From assembly GCF_035285525.1 (NCBI RefSeq), contig NZ_JAYKGW010000061.1, forward strand, positions 55,085 to 87,084: a stretch of DNA of 32,000 bases, given 5' to 3'. Numbering within the stretch: the stretch's first letter is position 1; the number at the start of each line of letters is the position of its first letter. Shown piece after piece: positions 26,079 through 32,000 of this stretch. The position numbers and the translations under genes were made by a program. The notes beneath the pieces are model-generated. The model was not told the origin of the DNA, did not search any database, and was given only the letters and a program-made list of their open reading frames with translations. This DNA comes from Okeania sp. (lineage in GTDB: Bacteria; Cyanobacteriota; Cyanobacteriia; Cyanobacteriales; Microcoleaceae).

Positions 26079-26120
26079 TAATTATTAATTAGTTAATTAT
26101 TAAACATAAATTCAGCAATA

Positions 26121-26345
26121 CTATAAGCTTGACTGAGAATCATCAATCAAATTAATTTTACCTATTTGAATAAAATCAAATATCTGATTAATTTTATGTC
26201 GTTCTTGATTTGTTATGTTTTTTCCAGATAAAATTGATGAAGTAAGCTGTAGATATTCCTGACGGGTAAGTTTAGCTGATGTCATAATTCGGTTTACCAT
26301 TTGATTAATCGTTACTTTTGGTTGATTTTGCTCAGTCCATAACAT
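26121..26345 (-). CDS. Small conserved-looking hypothetical protein (74 aa)
   Basis: The only ORF in an otherwise repeat-filled spacer. LTRQEYLQLTSSIL...ERHKINQIFDFIQIGKINLID resembles a small cyanobacterial protein pattern I recall (TRxD/E..L.. / IN..FD.L..G.L). No function known. Confidence 0.5.
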   Translation of the reverse strand: MLWTEQNQPKVTINQMVNRIMTSAKLTRQEYLQLTSSILSGKNITNQERHKINQIFDFIQIGKINLIDDSQSSL

Positions 26346-26560
26346 AATTTATTATTCACTATACTAAATTTATAATTTATTGACCTTACATTTTATATTG
26401 GATTATATAGTTTTAGTAGGGTGTATCTCATATTTACCAAAATACTTTTTAGCAATTCAAAAGTCAAAAGTCAAAAGTCAAAATTGATAAGGATTGTATT
26501 ATTAATATAGATATACAACAAATATATCCTTATTGCCTATTCCCTAAAACAGATATTTTT

Positions 26561-27334
26561 ATGCAGATTTATCGACTATCGGCACTTTCGGATAACTATA
26601 TTTTCTTACTACATGACCCAACTCAAAATATTGTAGCTGTAGTTGATCCTGCCGAAGCAAGACCAGTGTTAGAAAAACTAAAATCATTGTCAGCTAAGTT
26701 GGTGGCCATTTTTAATACTCACCATCACGCTGACCATGTAGGTGCTAACCAAAGCTTAATCCAAAAATTTCCAGAACTAACTGTTTATGGTGGACTTAAA
26801 GACCGAGGTAGAATTCCTGGACAACAGGTATTTTTACAAGAAGGCGATCGCGTCCAGTTTGCCGAGCGAGTCGGAGAGGTTTTATTTGTCCCTGGTCATA
26901 CAAGTGGTCATATTGTTTATTATTTTCCTCCTGTAGTTGTTGGAGAAACAGGGGAATTATTTTGTGGTGATACTTTGTTTGCTGGAGGTTGTGGCCGTTT
27001 ATTTGAAGGGACACCAACACAAATGTTAGCATCTTTGACTAAGTTGCGTAGTTTACCTGACAATACACGAATATGGTGTGCCCATGAATACACTTTGAAA
27101 AATTTACAGTTTGCCATGACTGTTGATGGACAAAATACTGATTTACAGGCTCGTTTTGCTGAAGTTAAGGAGGCACGGAGTCGTAATCAAGCAACCGTAC
27201 CATCAATGATGGGTATAGAAAAACAGACAAATCCTTTTTTACGTTGGGAGCAACCTACTCTAAAATTAGCAGTTCAAAGTCAAGAACCAGTAGAAACTTT
27301 TGCCCGTTTGCGAGAAAAGAAGGATAGATTTTAA
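26561..27334 (+). CDS. gloB: Hydroxyacylglutathione hydrolase (glyoxalase II)
   Basis: 257 aa. Metallo-beta-lactamase motif THHHADHVG, then [25 protein letters not shown], and [13 protein letters not shown] plus NPFLR, typical of GloB. Confidence 0.93.
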   Translation: MQIYRLSALSDNYIFLLHDPTQNIVAVVDPAEARPVLEKLKSLSAKLVAIFNTHHHADHVGANQSLIQKFPELTVYGGLKDRGRIPGQQVFLQEGDRVQFAERVGEVLFVPGHTSGHIVYYFPPVVVGETGELFCGDTLFAGGCGRLFEGTPTQMLASLTKLRSLPDNTRIWCAHEYTLKNLQFAMTVDGQNTDLQARFAEVKEARSRNQATVPSMMGIEKQTNPFLRWEQPTLKLAVQSQEPVETFARLREKKDRF

Positions 27335-27445
27335 CCTACATTTTGCACGAGATCTTGTCATGCAAAGTCCTCAAGCAAAATGTTAAAAAATGTAAAGAGT
27401 GTTAAGATTAAATTATAAATTAGAATAAAAAAACAATTTAGAAAA

Positions 27446-27763
27446 ATGCTAAACCCCAAACTGCCAGAACCAGATTTACTGAAAGCGGTACTGCAACCCT
27501 TGCTAGAAGATTTCGGGTATTGGTTTGAGCGCACCCGTCAGTTATTGGAGAGAGAAGAAATTACTTTTCTTAGTAGCAATAAGCAATTAGACTTACTTGA
27601 TAGAGTCAAGCAAGCTCAACAGGAAGTAAGTACAGCACAAGCTCTTTTTCAAGCAACCGGAGGTCAAGTAGGGGTAGAAATGACAGTGCTTTTGCCTTGG
27701 CATCAGCTACTGACCGAATGTTGGCAAGTCACAATGCGGTTTCGCCAAGAACAATCTAGATAG
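27446..27763 (+). CDS. Conserved cyanobacterial hypothetical protein (possibly DUF2605-type)
   Basis: 105-aa soluble helical ORF with non-repeat composition, directly downstream of gloB on the same strand. The DUF name is a recollection only. Its TAG stop lies in the terminus of a MITE. Confidence 0.6.
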   Translation: MLNPKLPEPDLLKAVLQPLLEDFGYWFERTRQLLEREEITFLSSNKQLDLLDRVKQAQQEVSTAQALFQATGGQVGVEMTVLLPWHQLLTECWQVTMRFRQEQSR

Positions 27764-28027
27764 GGTTTGCTGATGGAAAGTCTTTTGGTAGGAGTCAGGA
27801 GTCAGGGGTCAGGAGTCAGGAGTCAGGAGAAATGTGGAATGAGCGAGAAGTAGGGACATTGTATACAACATCAGTAAAGAAGAATAATCCCTTGATTTTT
27901 CTGCATCGCGTCAACCCAAAATTCTAACTTTTTGGTCACTTCAACTTAAAAAGGTTGCACTTTTTTTTAGATATAAAGGCTAAAACCTTTACCTATAAAT
28001 GCTTTGATATTTAATCAGCAAACCCTA
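27761..28027 (-). mobile_element. MITE-A copy, best preserved (13-bp TIR TAGGGTTTGCTGA)
   Basis: TAGGGTTTGCTGAtggaaagtctttt-(GGAGTCA heptamers x5)-...-aaatgctttgatatttaaTCAGCAAACCCTA. Length 267 bp. The first TAG is the stop codon of 27446..27763. Confidence 0.8.
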
Positions 28028-28187
28028 ATTAGTGGCAATACTACCTACTCTGAAAAGAATGATAGCATATGTAAATAAGATAATCTCTGCTTATAAAACT
28101 TATCCAGACTGAAAGTGATAAGAACCAAAAAATTGTTTAATCTTTTTTTAATTTGTTGAGTTGTAATTTAGCTTTAAGGAGAACACT

Positions 28188-28505
28188 ATGTTACATTTAC
28201 TTTATATCTTAGCCTTCACTATTATAGCTGTTTTAGCAGTTCATAATTTAATCCGTAGCCTTTTAACCGTAGGACTAGAGTCTCAATCTTGGCCTCAAAA
28301 TCAAGGGCAGTTCGGTCCTGGTTCCCATTCTCAGTATCGTAAAATTCCACATCCAGAACTATTAGATGAATCTGGTAATTTTATTGATGAGCCTTTGTTA
28401 GTAATACGTTCTGTTAATGTACAAGAAGCTCGTAAACAGTTGGATGCTATTTACAATTCTGAAATTGGTTCAACTGGTGAAAATAGAGATGAAAAAAATA
28501 AATAG
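28188..28505 (+). CDS. Small membrane-anchored hypothetical protein (possibly DUF2973-type)
   Basis: 105 aa. N-terminal TM MLHLLYILAFTIIAVLAVHNLI, then a hydrophilic tail. GGAG (aaggagaacact) lies about 7 nt upstream of the ATG. The family name is a recollection only. Confidence 0.55.
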   Translation: MLHLLYILAFTIIAVLAVHNLIRSLLTVGLESQSWPQNQGQFGPGSHSQYRKIPHPELLDESGNFIDEPLLVIRSVNVQEARKQLDAIYNSEIGSTGENRDEKNK

Positions 28506-28914
28506 ACTCCTACCATAAAACGTAAAAAATTTAAAATTTAGAATTGAAGCAACTATTCAGGTGGTGTGGTTGACAAATAATCATATCTATTTTTTTCTGA
28601 CTTTCCATAGATCTTTTAGTCTGATTTATAAATTATTCAGTATCCTTAATATACAGTTTTTGATTTTAAAACACTGAATTATGCACAAAATCAAGAATAA
28701 TGGAACCCCAAAACCTGAATGTTTACCATAAAACTAATAAAATGTCAAAAACTTGCTATTAGTTTCGTTCCTACCTAATGTCCCAAGGGGTCTCCTGTTA
28801 AAGTTAAAGATGATAACGGGAGCCACTTTCAAAAGTGTAGTGAGAATGTTAAATCAACTAATGTATATTTGATGTTATTAATGCAATAGGTGAAAAATAA
28901 ATATTAATCGCCAG

Positions 28915-30984
28915 ATGACCATTCCTAAATCTGTATTGGCAGAACTGGTGCTAGAGGTTCAGCATATCAAACCACAAATCTACTTCAAGTCATCCTTAAC
29001 TGCTCTCTCTCATGCAATGGAAGACCAGGTTTTAGCAAGCTCCGATCAACCTTTGGTAATAGCTACTTTTCAGAGAGAGCATTTTTATCGTCAAGAGGCT
29101 CACCGTTATCGACGAATTGCGAATCTTACATCCCAAGTATATGTGCTAGCTGCACCAGAAACAGAGTTTAAAAATTCTTCTGAATATTATGAAACAGTAG
29201 CTTTTAATTCTAAAGATGCTTTAAGTAGAGAATGGAATTTATTGGTACTTGGTCAACAATATTCAAGTTGTTTAATTTGTAATGAGTGTGATAATTCGGG
29301 TCTAGTTGATGAAACATCCCAATTCAATGGAATGGAACAAGCACGTCGGTTTGAGGGTATCTGGACTTTTGATCATCAGGTATGTGTCCAATCTGCTATT
29401 TTACTATTCCATCGAATTCTTAAGTATAGACCAGAGTTAAAGAAAAAAGTCCAACTAGCTACAGAAGTTTATGGTATTAATTTGGACTTAAAAAAGGGAA
29501 AAAAATCTCCTAAAAAGAAATCTCCTTCTAATGGTAAAAATAAGCAAACCTCAGCAGTAATTGGAAATACTAACTTTCACGATCCTTTTGCCCAACGTTT
29601 GGTGACTTATTTACAAGCAAGTCAATATAAGTTGATTAAGGCTTATCGCTCAATTGCAGCTCAAGAACAAAAACAACGCTTAATTAATATTATCTCTTCT
29701 TCTATGAGGCGATCGCTAGATCCGGATGAGATTATTAAAGTGGCAGTTGCCGAACTAGGAAAAGCACTTTTAGCAGACCGATGTTTAATTTATCAGTGTC
29801 GCCCTACAGATGAGATAGCTACGATTACTCATGAGTATTTACGGCCATCAGTAAAATCTTTGCTGAATCAGTTGTGGCCTCTAAAAGAGAATCCCTTATT
29901 TCAGAAAGTTATTCAAACTAAAGAGCGAGTTTATATAGAAGATACAATTTTACTACCTGAAGATTTGCTGGCCAAAACATCAGAAACTACTAAATCTCAA
30001 GGGAGAAATTCTATAGAAAACTTAATATCTCAATGGGAGATTTCGAGTTGGTTGATTATGCCTCTACTTTATCAGGGACGGCTATTGGGTATTGTAGAAT
30101 TGCATAATTGTGGATCGTGTTCCCATAACTGGTCTGAAGAACAAACAGATTTAGTAGAAGCGATCGCTACTCAATTAAGTATGACTTTAATTCAGGCAGA
30201 AACTTATACTCATCTGGAAGAATTAAATCAACAATTGGAGGCCCTTGATCGGACTCGCAGTAATTTAATTGCAATTACTGGCCATGAGTTACGGACTCCT
30301 TTATCTACTATCCAAGTTTGCTTGGAAAGTTTAAGTCAAGAACCAGATATGCCAGAAGAGTTGCGTCAAGTTATGCTAGAAACTGCTTTAGCAGATGCAG
30401 ATAGAATGCGCAACCTTGTGCAAGATTTCTTAACATTGTCTCATTTAGAAAGTGGTAGAGTTGAATGGAATATAGAACATCTACCTCTATTGGAATGTGT
30501 AGATTTAGCTTTGAGTAGTGTTCGTGCCCACAACTTAGAGAAGGAGTTGCCAAATATTACTACTCAGGTGTCTTCAGAATTACCTTTAGTATTGGCCGAT
30601 GGAGAATGGTTAGTAGAGGTTTTGTCCAAACTTTTGGACAATGCTTGTAAGTTTACTCAGGCGGAGGGAAAAGTAATAATTACAGCTACTTCTTCTAATA
30701 GTGAAAATATGTTGGAGGTGACTATTTCTGATACTGGTCGTGGGATTGAACCTGCTAGGTTAGAGGCTGTGTTTGACCGTTTTTATCAAGAAGAAGGTGC
30801 TTTACGACGGAGTGTGGGTGGTACTGGTTTAGGTTTAGCTATTTGTCGTCAGGTTATTACTCGTTTAGGGGGAAAAATTTGGGCTGAGTCGGCAGGTAAG
30901 GATCGAGGTAGTCAGTTTCATTTTACTATTCCAATTGTTGGTAATAGTCAAAAGCAACAAGAAATGCAAAAGAAACTTAATTAG
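28915..30984 (+). CDS. Sensor histidine kinase, DICT-like N-terminal domain + GAF + HisKA + HATPase_c
   Basis: 689 aa. N-terminal SLTALSHAMEDQVL...PLVIATFQREHFYRQEAHRYRRIA is DICT-like. The GAF region is at about 270-430. H-box ITGHELRTPLSTI, N-box LLDNACKF, G1 DTGRGI, G2 GGTGLGLAICRQ. Confidence 0.92.
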   Translation: MTIPKSVLAELVLEVQHIKPQIYFKSSLTALSHAMEDQVLASSDQPLVIATFQREHFYRQEAHRYRRIANLTSQVYVLAAPETEFKNSSEYYETVAFNSKDALSREWNLLVLGQQYSSCLICNECDNSGLVDETSQFNGMEQARRFEGIWTFDHQVCVQSAILLFHRILKYRPELKKKVQLATEVYGINLDLKKGKKSPKKKSPSNGKNKQTSAVIGNTNFHDPFAQRLVTYLQASQYKLIKAYRSIAAQEQKQRLINIISSSMRRSLDPDEIIKVAVAELGKALLADRCLIYQCRPTDEIATITHEYLRPSVKSLLNQLWPLKENPLFQKVIQTKERVYIEDTILLPEDLLAKTSETTKSQGRNSIENLISQWEISSWLIMPLLYQGRLLGIVELHNCGSCSHNWSEEQTDLVEAIATQLSMTLIQAETYTHLEELNQQLEALDRTRSNLIAITGHELRTPLSTIQVCLESLSQEPDMPEELRQVMLETALADADRMRNLVQDFLTLSHLESGRVEWNIEHLPLLECVDLALSSVRAHNLEKELPNITTQVSSELPLVLADGEWLVEVLSKLLDNACKFTQAEGKVIITATSSNSENMLEVTISDTGRGIEPARLEAVFDRFYQEEGALRRSVGGTGLGLAICRQVITRLGGKIWAESAGKDRGSQFHFTIPIVGNSQKQQEMQKKLN

Positions 30985-31259
30985 GGTTTGCGCTTCTTCA
31001 GTCTTTTTTAAGGGTAGGGACGCCCTTATGCAACGTCCCTACGGTAGGGGAGTAGGGAGTAGGGGAGGGGAGTAGAAAAGTAATTTTTTTTGCCCAAATA
31101 TGGGCTTAAAATGGTAATTGAGGAGCATTAAGAGCTGAAAACCATGTACTTTTATCCATGATTCAGATAACTTTTGAATTTTGACTTTTGAATTCTGACT
31201 TCTATGAGATAATCCTTTTGTAACAGAACCTTACAATTTCTTAAACCTGAGCAACCCTA
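30982..31259 (-). mobile_element. MITE-A copy between the histidine kinase and psaD
   Basis: TAGGGTTTGCGcttcttcagtctttttt...(gggagta-type heptamers)...aaacctGAGCAACCCTA. Length 278 bp. The first TAG is the kinase stop codon, and the right end is 39 nt from the psaD ATG. Confidence 0.7.
31220..31237 (+). promoter_or_regulatory. HLR1-like direct repeat (possible RpaB site) upstream of psaD
   Basis: GTAACAGA-AC-CTTACAAT matches (G/T)TTACA(T/A)(T/A)-N2-(G/T)TTACA(T/A)(T/A) at 13 of 16 positions, 61-78 nt upstream of the psaD ATG. It lies inside a MITE copy. Confidence 0.3.
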
Positions 31260-31297
31260 ATGATACCATGCCATAAAAAGGTTCATATAAGAAATCT

Positions 31298-31726
31298 ATG
31301 GCAGACGAATTAACTGGACAACCTCCAATTTTTGGTGGCAGCACTGGTGGCTTGCTAACCAAGGCCGAAGTTGAAGAAAAGTACGCTATTACCTGGACTA
31401 GCTCTCAAGAACAGGTGTTTGAAATGCCTACAGGTGGCGCAGCTATTATGAATGAAGGTGAAAACCTACTTTATTTAGCTCGCAAAGAGCAATGTTTGGC
31501 CCTCGGTACTCAACTACGGACTAAATTTAAGCCCAAAATTGAGGACTTCAAAATCTACCGGGTTTTCCCGGATGGTTCTAACGAGTACTTACATCCTGCT
31601 GATGGTGTTTTTCCTGAGAAGGTGAATGAAGGCCGTCCTTATGCAGGTAAAATTGACCGCAATATTGGCAGTAACCCAGAACCAGCTACTCTTAAGTTTA
31701 CTGGCAAAAAACCCTATGATGCATAG
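31298..31726 (+). CDS. psaD: Photosystem I reaction centre subunit II
   Basis: 142 aa. [61 protein letters not shown] and [16 protein letters not shown] are near-invariant PsaD sequence. Confidence 0.96.
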   Translation: MADELTGQPPIFGGSTGGLLTKAEVEEKYAITWTSSQEQVFEMPTGGAAIMNEGENLLYLARKEQCLALGTQLRTKFKPKIEDFKIYRVFPDGSNEYLHPADGVFPEKVNEGRPYAGKIDRNIGSNPEPATLKFTGKKPYDA

Positions 31727-31830
31727 GATAGATTTATGAGTTAGAATTAGGGATAGAATGAGGCTTTAATAATATAGGCTTCATAAGATTTGCAATATTT
31801 TTTGCATTTTCTATTGCTTGATGATTAATA

Positions 31831-31875
31831 CCTCGGCTTTCAAACATTTTATGTAAAGCTGAGGTTTTTATTTTG
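31831..31875 (+). terminator. Rho-independent terminator of psaD
   Basis: cctcggcttt-(14 nt loop)-aaagctgagg forms a 10-bp stem with one G-U pair, followed by tttttatttt. Confidence 0.7.
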
Positions 31876-31882
31876 TAAAGGA

Positions 31883-32000
31883 AGGAAAAAGTAAGAAGGA
31901 AAAAGTAAGAAGGAAAAAGTAAGAAGGAAAAAGTAAGAAGGAAAAAGTAAGAAGGAAAAAGTAAGAAGGAAAAAGTAAGAAGGAAAAAGTAAGAAGGAAA
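31883..32000. repeat. Perfect 14-nt tandem repeat AGGAAAAAGTAAGA, 8 full copies plus a partial, running off the window
   Basis: Unit starts at 31883, 31897, 31911, 31925, 31939, 31953, 31967 and 31981, with a partial unit at 31995. No mismatch seen. Begins 8 nt after the psaD terminator. Confidence 0.95.

Noticed and set aside
26796-27117. Two minus-strand ORFs (78 and 65 aa)
   Set aside because: Antisense inside gloB, which is unambiguous.
27348-27382. cattttgc...gcaaaatg stem after gloB as a terminator
   Set aside because: An 8-bp stem with a loop of about 19 nt and no T-run. The next gene starts 110 nt downstream on the same strand and is probably co-transcribed.
30371-30553. 60-aa ORF on the minus strand
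   Set aside because: Antisense inside the histidine kinase HisKA region.
31014-31042. Hairpin gtagggacg-(11 nt)-cgtccctac as the kinase terminator
   Set aside because: No U-tract follows. It is part of the MITE-A copy and resembles dispersed palindromic repeats, so it is not called a terminator.

Overview
AT-rich cyanobacterial chromosomal segment. By eye there are at least 13 HIP1 octamers (GCGATCGC), plus psaD, a GUN4-domain gene and a DICT-GAF histidine kinase. The repeat style and low coding density resemble Trichodesmium-like filamentous cyanobacteria (inference only). I support 23 protein genes and one weak small ORF. In order they are: a pentapeptide-repeat/TPR protein, a geranylgeranyl-reductase-family flavoprotein, frr, pyrH, a MoxR-centred membrane gene set, an arginase-family ureohydrolase, an alpha/beta hydrolase, a GUN4-domain protein, an MsbA-like ABC exporter with GT4 and GT2 glycosyltransferases, gloB, three small conserved hypotheticals, the sensor kinase and psaD. 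The MoxR set comprises SpoIIM/DUF95-like, polytopic membrane protein, RDD, DUF58, MoxR, DUF4350-like and DUF4129-like genes. The most system-like content is this seven-gene MoxR AAA+/DUF58 module (5453-15064), which has no known substrate. The second is the ABC exporter, whose C-terminus looks like a histidine-kinase DHp (HisKA) domain with Tyr in place of the phospho-accepting His. From the ORF coordinates, about 36% of the window is non-coding. That space holds at least six MITE-like families, and two copies sit exactly in the TA of a stop codon. It also holds heptamer-phased (STRR-like) microsatellites, larger tandem arrays, and three cases where a gene terminus was tandemly duplicated into the spacer. 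I saw no rRNA, tRNA, CRISPR array, transposase, integrase or phage genes. All repeat coordinates were aligned by eye and are approximate.
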